DNA from: Occultella glacieicola
Lineage (GTDB): Bacteria; Actinomycetota; Actinomycetes; Actinomycetales; Beutenbergiaceae
DNA: 64,000 bases
Reading direction: 5' to 3'
Assembly (NCBI RefSeq): GCF_004353825.1
Contig: NZ_SMNA01000002.1
Coordinates: 186,001-250,000 of the forward strand
Shown: positions 20,623-28,922 of the stretch, piece by piece
Numbering within the stretch: the first letter of the stretch is position 1
Layout: each line of letters opens with the position of its first letter
The notes under the pieces: generated by a model
Databases searched by the model: none
What the model was told of the DNA's origin: nothing
Seen by the model: only the letters and a program-made list of their open reading frames with translations
Program-made: the position numbers and the translations under genes

Positions 20623-21665
20623 GCTGGACTCACTTCGTCGGTGCGCGTGTTCGCGTGATGGCCGCTGCCCCCGTACCGGCGGGCGATGGTGGCGAACGCC
20701 GCCTTCGGTTGCCAGGAGTCCCCGATCGGTGCGACCACGCCGTAACTCGCGGCGTCGAGGTCTCGGCCGGGCTCGTCGGAGCGGGGCAGCGCGGGCTCGC
20801 TGAAACCCCACACGAAGGTTCCGTCCACGCCGGCGGCAGAGAAGATCTCGAACAGTTCGTCGAGGTAGTCGGCCTGGACCCGCTCGTCCCGCACGAGCGA
20901 GGTGGGCACCCGCATCCCACCCTCACCCGGGAGCAGCACGTTCGCCGCATCCGATGCCCGCTCGGCTGCGCCGACGTAGGCGCAGGTCCCGAACTCGAAC
21001 ACGTACACGGGCCGCCCGGCCCGGCGGTGGGTCCGGACGGCGTGGCGCATGTCTCCGGGGAACCGCCAGGCGTTCGAGGAGTCCCGGTACGCGTCGAGCC
21101 CGACCACGTCGAACCTCGACCAGTCCGGGCGCTCCCAGTCACCGGCACCGTAACTGATCGGCCCGGCGAACCGGTCCCGGGCGACGGTCACGAGCCGGGC
21201 GAGGAATCGGCGAAGTCGCCAGTTGATCAGGGGTAGGGCGAGGGAGAGGAACGGGAGCATCAGTCCGCGTCGGACGAAGGTCGAGCCTGGCACGAAACCG
21301 GTGGCGGACAGGCTCAGTTCGCAGCCGAGGTTCAGGCTCACGTCGCCGTGCGCGGTCCGCAGCACCTCGGCGCGCTCGGCCACTGCCGCCAGGTTCTGCG
21401 CGACCACGTCCGGGGCGACATCGAAGACCCGCGGCTGGATCCAGACGCTGAGACCCTCCTCGCGCGCAATCGTGGCAGTTCCGAGGAGCCGGTCGATGTC
21501 GGTGGCCATCACGAGCACGGTGTCGCAGCCGAGCCCGTCCCGGATGGCCCGCATGTCCCGGCGAACCCGCTCGGTTCGCCAATGCGGGTTGGACTCGAAG
21601 TCGCGCTCGTACAGCACACCGGCGTCGTAGCCGATGCCCTGCACTCCGAACGCCCGCTCACCCAT
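20619..21665 (-). CDS. Uncharacterised GH-A-like TIM-barrel protein (GH113-like; family often labelled 'abortive infection protein')
   Basis: GIGYDAG, GLSVWIQP, LNLGCELS, ISYGAG.WE..DW..FDVVGLDAY, VFEFG, RDERVQADYL, DGTFVW. Confidence 0.65.
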   Translation of the reverse strand: MGERAFGVQGIGYDAGVLYERDFESNPHWRTERVRRDMRAIRDGLGCDTVLVMATDIDRLLGTATIAREEGLSVWIQPRVFDVAPDVVAQNLAAVAERAEVLRTAHGDVSLNLGCELSLSATGFVPGSTFVRRGLMLPFLSLALPLINWRLRRFLARLVTVARDRFAGPISYGAGDWERPDWSRFDVVGLDAYRDSSNAWRFPGDMRHAVRTHRRAGRPVYVFEFGTCAYVGAAERASDAANVLLPGEGGMRVPTSLVRDERVQADYLDELFEIFSAAGVDGTFVWGFSEPALPRSDEPGRDLDAASYGVVAPIGDSWQPKAAFATIARRYGGSGHHANTRTDEVSPA

Positions 21666-22284
21666 CCGGCCGGTATCCCAGCCCCGCGAGCAACATCGGG
21701 ACCAGGTGGTCGCCGTAGGTGTCGAGGTCGGTGCGCGCATCCATCTGGGAGCGGGTGAGCCCGCCGTCGAGCGCGTGGATCAGGGTGGTCCTGGCGACGG
21801 TCAGGTCGACGTCGCAGAACTGCCCGGAGGCGATGCCGTCGGAGATGATCCCCTCGAGCAGCGCCGTCTCGGGCTCGCTCTCGGCGAGGTAGAGGGGGGT
21901 GCCGTCGGCGTCGCGGTGGGAGATCGCGATCTCGACGGCGGCGATCGTCTCCTCACGGTGGTCCCGGACGAACGCCAGGTACGCGCGCAGGTACGCGGCG
22001 AGGCGGGCTGCGGGGTCGGCGCCGGTGCGTGCGGCCGCGCCGGTCGCCGCGTCCATCCGCGCGAAGACGTCGTTCACCACGAAGAGGAGCAGGTTCTCCT
22101 TGCTCGCGAAGTGATAGCTGATGATGCTCTTCGCGATGCCGGCGCGGGACGCGATCTGCGCGAGCGAGGCGCGGTGGTACCCGACCTCGTTCACGGTCTC
22201 GATCGCGGCGGTCATGATCTGTGCGCGCCGCGCCGCCTCGATGAAGCTCGCAGATTGACCGATCGTGCGATTTTCTGCCCGCAT
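21658..22284 (-). CDS. TetR/AcrR-family regulator
   Basis: RRAQIMTAAIETVNEVGYHRASLAQIASRAGIAKSIISYHFASKENL. Confidence 0.93.
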   Translation of the reverse strand: MRAENRTIGQSASFIEAARRAQIMTAAIETVNEVGYHRASLAQIASRAGIAKSIISYHFASKENLLLFVVNDVFARMDAATGAAARTGADPAARLAAYLRAYLAFVRDHREETIAAVEIAISHRDADGTPLYLAESEPETALLEGIISDGIASGQFCDVDLTVARTTLIHALDGGLTRSQMDARTDLDTYGDHLVPMLLAGLGYRPDG

Positions 22285-22309
22285 GGTCTAAATCTAGAAC
22301 GATCGGTCA
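22256..22309. promoter_or_regulatory. TetR autoregulatory operator pair plus leaderless -10 (TAGATT)
   Basis: TGACCGATCGT (22256-22266) and ACGATCGGTCA (22299-22309) form a perfect 11-bp inverted repeat straddling the TetR ATG. Confidence 0.6.
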
Positions 22310-22386
22310 GGTTTCGACAACCCTCGACCGCGCGTCCAGTGGACGCGTGACCCGCTCGCCGCACGGTGGCCCGGCGGCGGCCGGGG

Positions 22387-22752
22387 TCACCAGTTCGCGG
22401 CGCTGGTGAGGCAGAACGGGTGGCCGGCCGGGTCCAGCAGTACCCGCCAGGTCTCCCCCGGCTGCTCGGCCGGCACGGTGGCGCCGAGTTCCACGCATCG
22501 CGCCTCGGTCTCGCCGATGTCCTCGCAGGCGAGGTCGAAGTGGAACTGCTTGCTGCCGTTCGGGTTCGGCCAGGCCGGCGGCACGTAGCCCTCCACGCGC
22601 CCGAGCCCGATCATGGCGCCGGGTCCGGCGATCATGGCGTACTCGTCCTCGACGACCAGGGCCTCGGACTCGAGGAGGTCGGACCAGAAGGTCGCGAGCT
22701 GGCGCACGTCGGCGCAGTCGAGGGTGATCATCTTCAGCGTGGGTGCGGGCAT
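22387..22752 (-). CDS. VOC/glyoxalase family protein
   Basis: ITLDCAD..LATFWS, QFHFDL, WRVLLDPAGHPFCL. Confidence 0.9.
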   Translation of the reverse strand: MPAPTLKMITLDCADVRQLATFWSDLLESEALVVEDEYAMIAGPGAMIGLGRVEGYVPPAWPNPNGSKQFHFDLACEDIGETEARCVELGATVPAEQPGETWRVLLDPAGHPFCLTSAANW

Positions 22753-22821
22753 GCACACCATCGTGTCGCACCCGGGGGCGGGCCGATAGAAGAAATCCGA
22801 CACGGCCGGACGGCGGGCCGG

Positions 22822-23370
22822 TCAGATCAACTTGCGCAGCGTCCGGAGGTTGCGTGTGGTCAGGATCGAGCGGTACCGCGCCCGGGACGTCAGCTTCGCG
22901 AACGCCGTGTCCGTGCTGGAGCCCTTGGGCGCCTCCCAGTACACGACCCCGTCCCCCGGCCGCACCTGCTCCACGGCGGGATCGACGCCGTCGGCCAGGC
23001 CGCCCACCTCGGCGAGCGCGGGCGCGTCGGCGCAGAACATCACGTAGGGATGGTGGGTCTCCTCGTCGGTGTCGAACGGGTAGTCCGCGACGATCGCGGC
23101 GATCCGCTCGACGGTGAGGACCTGGACCCAGGCCTCGTACCCGAACGCGGTCCGCAGTGCCGCCTCGATGACCGGTCGCAGCTGCGCCGCGGAGCGGTCG
23201 GACGTGACCAGGGCGTTGCCGCTCGCGAGCACGGTGCGCACCTCGGTGAGACCGGCCTCCTCGAGGACCTTCCGGAGGTCGGCCATCGTGATGTTGATGC
23301 CGCCGACGTTCACCCCACGGAGCAGTACGACGTATCGGGCGGGGTGCGACTCGGTCGGCTTCGCTGGCAT
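22822..23370 (-). CDS. DUF1697 family protein
   Basis: YVVLLRGVNVGG, VRTVLASGN, TTRNLRTLRKL. Confidence 0.9.
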   Translation of the reverse strand: MPAKPTESHPARYVVLLRGVNVGGINITMADLRKVLEEAGLTEVRTVLASGNALVTSDRSAAQLRPVIEAALRTAFGYEAWVQVLTVERIAAIVADYPFDTDEETHHPYVMFCADAPALAEVGGLADGVDPAVEQVRPGDGVVYWEAPKGSSTDTAFAKLTSRARYRSILTTRNLRTLRKLI

Positions 23371-23535
23371 ACGAGGACCCTACGGCCGCTCGGCTCGGGC
23401 CCGGAAGCCCGCGCGGGCACCGCGGCCGGATCGTTCAGGAATAAAGCAGTGACCGCCCCCCGGTCCGGGTGGTTACCTATCGGGGTCGCTCCATCGGGCG
23501 ACATCCACCACCACCACCCACAGTGAGGTTTCACC

Positions 23536-23748
23536 ATGCACCCGTTGACCGTCTACGACGCCCACCACCTCGAGCAGGCACAGCTGCGCAACGAGGTCGA
23601 ACATCGCCGGAAACTCAGGCAGCACCTGTTCGATCGCATCACGCGAAGCAACCAGATCACCGCTCGGGGCGGCCGGAGGACCGGCCGTCCTTCTTCTTTG
23701 TCCGGCTCGAACGAGCCCGCCTCCCGCGACTTCATCAAGGCCAGCTGA
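23536..23748 (+). CDS. Small hypothetical protein (70 aa)
   Basis: GAGGT RBS 6 nt before ATG; GC-rich third codon positions; lies in an otherwise intergenic gap. Confidence 0.55.
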   Translation: MHPLTVYDAHHLEQAQLRNEVEHRRKLRQHLFDRITRSNQITARGGRRTGRPSSLSGSNEPASRDFIKAS

Positions 23749-23876
23749 CCGCCGGCCGAGACGGGCGCGTGGTGGTGGTCGCCTCGCCCGATCGAAGGGG
23801 ACGGACCGGTCCCCGACCGACCAGAGGACCCGGTGGCACTCGGTGCCACTGGGTCCTCTTCGATTCCCCTGGCGCC

Positions 23877-24452
23877 TCAGCCCGCGCGGCGCTCCGGTGC
23901 ACGCCAGGCCGGATCCCGACCGATGAATCCGAGCATCCGGTCCTGCACGCTGGCGTCGTCCGGCACCGGGACGCGCGGACCGAACTGTCCGCTCGCGCGC
24001 ATGACCTCCTCCATCGGCTCGCCGGCGGCCAGCCCGGCGGCGCACCGCTGCGGGTCCAGCCGGTCATCCTGACCCGTCGCCCGCGCCAGGTCCCAGGTAT
24101 GCATGAACACATCGCCGGTGTAGAGCCGGTCGATGACGTCCGCCGCCTCCATCTCACCGAAGTTCGGGTTGCGCACCACCGCTCGGCTCCGCACCGGGTC
24201 ATCGAGCAGGGACTGGACGCCGTCGGAGTGGGCCCGCCAGGCCGCGACCGGGTCGTCCGCCACCGGGGGCACCTGGGCGACCTCGAAGCCCAGCACCTGC
24301 GGAAGCCACTCGATCAGGTGGGCGACCACGTCCCGGGCCGTCCACTCCGGAACCGGCGACTGATCGGCCCATCGATCCGGATCGGCACCCTCCACCCGCG
24401 CCGTGAACCCTGCGGCGACCTCCCGGTACTCCGTTGCCGGATCCGCACTCAT
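23877..24452 (-). CDS. TIGR03086/MDMPI (DinB-like mycothiol-dependent) family protein
   Basis: SPVPEWTARDVVAHL, DVFMHTWDLARATGQ, GFIGRDP. Confidence 0.88.
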   Translation of the reverse strand: MSADPATEYREVAAGFTARVEGADPDRWADQSPVPEWTARDVVAHLIEWLPQVLGFEVAQVPPVADDPVAAWRAHSDGVQSLLDDPVRSRAVVRNPNFGEMEAADVIDRLYTGDVFMHTWDLARATGQDDRLDPQRCAAGLAAGEPMEEVMRASGQFGPRVPVPDDASVQDRMLGFIGRDPAWRAPERRAG

Positions 24453-24488
24453 CTCGTTGCCCCACTTCCCTCGTCGTTCTCGGCACTT

Positions 24489-24555
24489 TAATCAACCGTT
24501 CGGTTGACTACATTGAAGCGCCGGCCGACTTCGTTGTCAACCCTTTGATTGACTA
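24489..24555. promoter_or_regulatory. Two palindromic operators (ArsR-like TCAACC-N4-GGTTGA), one overlapping a TTGACA -35
   Basis: TAATCAACCGTTCGGTTGACTA (24489-24510) and TTGTCAACCCTTTGATTGACTA (24534-24555). Confidence 0.65.
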
Positions 24556-24607
24556 CGTTCGCGCGGGTGTCGGCTGCCCTGTCGGGCGCTCGGACTACGC
24601 TGGCCCG

Positions 24608-25261
24608 GTGAGCACCACCGCAAAGACCGCCGGCTCCGACGCGATCGTCTGGATCGACTGCGAGATGACCGGCCTTGACCTGTCCAAGGACGCGCTCGTC
24701 GAGATCGCCGTCATCGTGACCGACTCCGAGCTGCACGCGCTCGACCCCGGCCTCGACCTCGTGATCAAGCCGCCGACCGAGTCCCTGGTGGACATGAACG
24801 AGGTGGTGGTCGAGATGCACACCTCGTCCGGCCTGCTCGACGAGCTCGACACCGGCATCACGCTCGCCGAGGCCGAGGAGCGGGTGCTCGCCTACATCCG
24901 ACGGTTCGTTCCGGACACGGCCAGAGCGCCGCTCGCCGGCAACTCGGTGGGCACCGACCGCGGCTTCCTCGAACGGGACATGCCGGCGCTCACCGAGTTC
25001 CTGCACTACCGGATCATCGATGTCTCCTCGATCAAGGAGCTGGCCCGCCGCTGGTACCCGCGCGCCTACTTCAACGCGCCGAAGAAGGCCGGCGGCCACC
25101 GGGCCCTCGCGGACATCGCCGAGAGCATCGACGAGCTGCGCTACTACCGGGCCGTCCTGTTCCCGGACGGCTCCGGGCCGGACTCGGCGACCAGCAGGAA
25201 GGTGGCCGCGATGATCGCGTCGGCACCGACGGTCGCGGCGGCGCCGACCTCCGCGACCTGA
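24608..25261 (+). CDS. orn: Oligoribonuclease
   Basis: IVWIDCEMTGLD, MHTSSGL, PLAGNSVGTDRGFL, HYRIIDVSSIKEL, HRALADI. Confidence 0.95.
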   Translation: MSTTAKTAGSDAIVWIDCEMTGLDLSKDALVEIAVIVTDSELHALDPGLDLVIKPPTESLVDMNEVVVEMHTSSGLLDELDTGITLAEAEERVLAYIRRFVPDTARAPLAGNSVGTDRGFLERDMPALTEFLHYRIIDVSSIKELARRWYPRAYFNAPKKAGGHRALADIAESIDELRYYRAVLFPDGSGPDSATSRKVAAMIASAPTVAAAPTSAT

Positions 25262-25351
25262 CCTCCGCCGTCGGGCATCCGGCGGTGGCGCAACCACCCC
25301 CGGAACTTCGCTATGATTGGCAATCGCGACCGCGCGTGCGCGGTGCGACAT

Positions 25352-25428
25352 GGTGGGTATAGCTCAGTCGGTAGAGCGCCTGGTTGTGGTCCAGGAGGCC
25401 GCGGGTTCAAGCCCCGTTACTCACCCCA
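25352..25428 (+). tRNA. tRNA-His (GTG), with encoded G-1 and CCA
   Basis: G-GTGGGTA/TACTCAC-C-CCA acceptor, CCTGG-TTGTGGT-CCAGG anticodon arm. Confidence 0.95.
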
Positions 25429-25440
25429 GACGAACGAATG

Positions 25441-25472
25441 AGTCGGCCCACCCGGTCCAGGGTGGGCCGACT
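25441..25472. terminator. Stem-loop terminator between tRNA-His and the convergent DUF1269 gene
   Basis: AGTCGGCCCACCC-GGTCCA-GGGTGGGCCGACT, perfect 13-bp stem. Confidence 0.7.
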
Positions 25473-25485
25473 TCGTCGTCGGGAC

Positions 25486-25971
25486 TCAGGCGTCGAACGC
25501 CTGGCGGAGCTCCGCGGCCTCGGCGGCGACCAGGTTCGTCGCGATCAGCGTGGCCTCGTGACCGCGGAAGCGTTCCGCCATCCGGTCGAGGTCGCGGTCG
25601 CTGGTGACCACGAACAGCGCCGAGTTGCCCGGTCCGACCTCCTTGCCGATCCGCTCGAGCTGTTCGCGGGTGATGCCCACGTTGTTCATGCGCTTGTTCA
25701 ACAGCGAGATGGCCGCGCCGGCGGCGGCTCCGATGAGCGGGAGGAAGAACAGCGCCCCGAACAGGACACCCCAGAACGCACCCCACCCCGCGGCGCGCGC
25801 GTCGTCACGGTGTTCGTACTTGACGTCGGGACGATCGGCATCGGCGGGCCAGGTGAGGACGGCGTGGTCCTCCACCTTGACGAGGCCCTCGCTGCGGACC
25901 TGCTTGAGGGTGTCCGCGGCCCGATCGGCGCCGTCGATCGAATCGAACTTCCATGCGGTGAAGGTGGTCAC
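25486..25971 (-). CDS. DUF1269 family membrane protein
   Basis: GWGAFWGVLFGALFFLPLIGAAAGAA, PGNSALFV, LIATNL. Confidence 0.85.
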   Translation of the reverse strand: MTTFTAWKFDSIDGADRAADTLKQVRSEGLVKVEDHAVLTWPADADRPDVKYEHRDDARAAGWGAFWGVLFGALFFLPLIGAAAGAAISLLNKRMNNVGITREQLERIGKEVGPGNSALFVVTSDRDLDRMAERFRGHEATLIATNLVAAEAAELRQAFDA

Positions 25972-26118
25972 GCGTCTGTGTCCTCTCGGGGTCGCACTGA
26001 AGTGACCAGTATCACGGTCGCACCCCGACGCCGCTAGGGCATCGGCGGCGGACCACCCGAATCGGATGAGCCCGCCGTCCGGGGGTCGGCCGGCGCCGCA
26101 CCGGCGGCGAGTGGGTCC

Positions 26119-27060
26119 TCAGGCCAGGTCGATGTTGTTGCTGTCCGGCCCCATCCGCAGCTCGGCGACGAGGGAGTCGGCGAACCGGTCCAGCGCGCCA
26201 CGACCGAGGGAGACGAAGAGCGACGGCTCGATCAACTCGAGCTCCATCAGGACGGGCTTGCCGTGGGTGGGCACCAGGTCCACCCGCGCGTAGGCGAGGG
26301 GGCGGCTGGAGATCGACCGGCCGGGGATCCGGGCCCGGGCGAACGCGAGGGTCTGCTGCCCGGCCGCGATCTCCTCCGGGGTCGCGTGGTAGGGCTCCAT
26401 GACCTCCGCGCGGGGACGCTCGGCCTCGACGTCCTCGGTGGTGAGCATGGCGGCCTTGCGGGTGGCGTGCGAGTAGGTCCCGTGGAAGAACACGAGGGCG
26501 ATCTCGCCGTGCGAGTCCACCTCGGGCAGGTACCGCTGGACCATGACCGAGCGGCCCTCGTCGAGCAGGCGCTTGGCGTGCTCGATGGCGTACCTGCGGG
26601 AGTCGGCGTCCGTGGCGGTGTACCGGCCGGCGTCGAGGGTGCCGGAACTGATCGCCGGCTTGATGACGAAGTCCTCCCGGGCCGGGAACCTGTTGTGCAG
26701 GGCACGCTTGTCGAACTGCCGCTCCGGCTCGAGCCAGGTGGTCTGCACCACGGGCAGGCCGTGGTCCTCGAGGGCCTGCAGGTAGTGCTTGTCGGAGTTC
26801 CAGCGCACCACGTTCGGCGGATTCACCAGGCGAGGCACGGACCCGGCCCAGGCCACGAACTCCTGACGACGGGTGGAGAAGTCCCAGGCGGACCGGATCA
26901 CGGTCAGGTCGTACCGCGACCAGTCCACCGCCGGGTCGTCCCAGACCACGGCTTCGGCCGTGACGCCACGCTCGGCGAGCGCGGGGATGAGCGGGGCGTC
27001 CTCGTCGTCGAGGTCGGGCAGATCGGCGCAGGTGACGAGTGCGAGTCGTGGAGTGGACAC
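26119..27060 (-). CDS. RimK/glutathione-synthetase-like ATP-grasp protein
   Basis: WDDPAVDW, IRSAWD, WNSDKHYL, VIKPAIS, VQRYL, YARVDL, LMELELIEPSLF. Confidence 0.85.
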   Translation of the reverse strand: MSTPRLALVTCADLPDLDDEDAPLIPALAERGVTAEAVVWDDPAVDWSRYDLTVIRSAWDFSTRRQEFVAWAGSVPRLVNPPNVVRWNSDKHYLQALEDHGLPVVQTTWLEPERQFDKRALHNRFPAREDFVIKPAISSGTLDAGRYTATDADSRRYAIEHAKRLLDEGRSVMVQRYLPEVDSHGEIALVFFHGTYSHATRKAAMLTTEDVEAERPRAEVMEPYHATPEEIAAGQQTLAFARARIPGRSISSRPLAYARVDLVPTHGKPVLMELELIEPSLFVSLGRGALDRFADSLVAELRMGPDSNNIDLA

Positions 27061-27131
27061 ACCCGAACCGTACTAAGAAGATCCCGGGGGCGTTGCTCCG
27101 AGCACCGTCGGCGCGCACGTACGGTGGGGCG

Positions 27132-28115
27132 ATGACGACCTCCGACGACTCGCCGCTCTACCCGGCCATCGACCCGTACGAGAGCGGCATGCTCGCCGTC
27201 GGCGACGGTCACGAGCTCTACTGGGAGGTCTCCGGCAACCCGGACGGGGCGCCGGTGGTGTTCCTGCACGGCGGGCCGGGCGGCGCCACGAACGCCGATC
27301 AGCGGCGGTTCTTCGACCCGGCGGTCTACCGGATCGTGCTGTTCGACCAGCGTGGCTGCGGGCGGTCCACACCGCACGCCTCCGCGCCGGGCGCGGACCT
27401 GAGTGCGAACACCACCTGGCACCTGGTCGCGGACATCGAGGCACTGCGCGACCACCTGGGTGTGGCGTCCTGGCACGTGTTCGGCGGGTCCTGGGGCTCG
27501 GCCCTGGCGCTCGCCTACGCACAGCAGTACGCCGAACGCGTGCGCTCGCTCGTGCTGCGCGGGATCTTCACGCTCCGCAAGGCGGAACTGGACTGGTTCT
27601 ACGAGGGCGGCGCGAGTGCCATCTTCCCGGACTGGTTCGAGCGGTACATCGCGCCGGTGCCGCCGGCCGAGCGCGGCGACTGCATCGGCGCGTTCCACCG
27701 GCTCCTGCATCACCCGGACCCGGCCGTGCACGGCCCGGCCGCGGTCGCGTGGTCGACCTGGGAGGCGGCCACGACGTCCCTGCTGATCGACGCCGAGTCG
27801 ATCGAGAAGTTCTCCCAGCCCGAGTTCGCGCTGGCGTTCGCACGGATCGAGAACCACTACTTCGTGCACAAGGGCTGGTTCACCGAGGGCCAGCTCATCG
27901 AGGGGGCCACCGCGTTGGCGGACATCCCGGGCGTGATCGTGCAGGGTCGCTACGACGCGTGCACCCCGGCCACGACCGCCTGGGATCTGCACCGGGCCTG
28001 GCCGGAGGCCGAGTTCGTGATGGTCCCGGACGCCGGCCACGCCTCCCTCGAGCCCGGGATCGCGCGGGCGCTGGTCGCCGCGACGGACGCGATGGCGCGC
28101 CTGCCGCAGCCCTGA
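27132..28115 (+). CDS. pip: Proline iminopeptidase
   Basis: LHGGPGG, FDQRGCGRS, FGGSWGS nucleophile, ARIENHYF, QGRYD, DAGH. Confidence 0.95.
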   Translation: MTTSDDSPLYPAIDPYESGMLAVGDGHELYWEVSGNPDGAPVVFLHGGPGGATNADQRRFFDPAVYRIVLFDQRGCGRSTPHASAPGADLSANTTWHLVADIEALRDHLGVASWHVFGGSWGSALALAYAQQYAERVRSLVLRGIFTLRKAELDWFYEGGASAIFPDWFERYIAPVPPAERGDCIGAFHRLLHHPDPAVHGPAAVAWSTWEAATTSLLIDAESIEKFSQPEFALAFARIENHYFVHKGWFTEGQLIEGATALADIPGVIVQGRYDACTPATTAWDLHRAWPEAEFVMVPDAGHASLEPGIARALVAATDAMARLPQP

Positions 28116-28128
28116 CCCCCTGCCGCGC

Positions 28129-28560
28129 TCAGATCCAGTCGGGCTCGTAGGGCAGGAACTGCAGCCTCATGTCGCAGTCGCGCAGCGACAGGTCCGCCTT
28201 GGCCTGGTTGCACGGGCGGCACGCGGCCACCAGGTTCAGCCACGAGGACTGCCCGCCGCGGGCGCGTGGCACCACGTGATCCACCGTGGTGGCCGAGCGT
28301 CCGCAGTAGGCGCAGGTGTACCGGTCGCGACGCAGCACGCCCGCCTTGGAGAACACCGGCCGGCGACCGTCCAGCTGGTTCACGAGCGAGATGGCGCGGG
28401 TGAGCCGGAGCACGCGAGGCACCACATAGGGCCCGAACGTCGAGCCGTCCTCGACCTCGACGATCTCCACGACGTTGCGGCGCAGCAGCGCGATCGCCTT
28501 GCGCAGGGGGACGATGTGCAGGACCTGGTCATCGGGCGGGTTCAGCACGGCGATCGCCAT
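28129..28560 (-). CDS. HNH endonuclease (McrA-like)
   Basis: VLRRDRYTCAYCG...TVDHVVP..RGG..SW.NLVAACRPCNQAK; GAGGAG RBS. Confidence 0.9.
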   Translation of the reverse strand: MAIAVLNPPDDQVLHIVPLRKAIALLRRNVVEIVEVEDGSTFGPYVVPRVLRLTRAISLVNQLDGRRPVFSKAGVLRRDRYTCAYCGRSATTVDHVVPRARGGQSSWLNLVAACRPCNQAKADLSLRDCDMRLQFLPYEPDWI

Positions 28561-28707
28561 ATGCACCACTCTCCTCGTCCGGTCCCGATGACGTTCCTAC
28601 GCCACGCCGGGTGGGCGATCAAGGGGTTTTGCGTGAACGGCGGCCGCCGGTACGGTGCCGACACCGCCGCGACCGGAACGCCCCAGCCGCGCCCCGACGG
28701 CACGAGA

Positions 28708-28746
28708 AAGGGCCCCTGACCGCATTTGCGCTGGTCAGAGGCCCTT
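28708..28746 (-). terminator. Hairpin downstream of tRNA-Lys
   Basis: AAGGGCCCCTGACC...GGTCAGAGGCCCTT stem, followed by a short T-rich tail on the minus strand. Confidence 0.65.
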
Positions 28747-28751
28747 CGGTG

Positions 28752-28824
28752 TACACCCCCTGGGACTCGAACCCAGAACCCAGTGATTAAGAGTCACTTG
28801 CTCTGCCAATTGAGCTAGAGGTGC
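28752..28824 (-). tRNA. tRNA-Lys (CTT)
   Basis: Reverse complement GCACCTCTAGCTCAATTGGCAGAGCAAGTGACTCTTAATCACTGGGTTCTGGGTTCGAGTCCCAGGGGGTGTA. Confidence 0.95.
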
Positions 28825-28922
28825 TAGCGGGAGACGATATTACCAGCCCGTGAGCGTCCGACGCGAACCGGTCGGCGGGCGCCTAACCTGTCCGTGACGG
28901 CATCCGACACGGAGGTTCAGAC

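Noticed and set aside
20619..21665. Calling this an abortive-infection phage defence gene
   Set aside because: The sequence shows glycoside-hydrolase-like motifs; nothing in the window supports Abi activity
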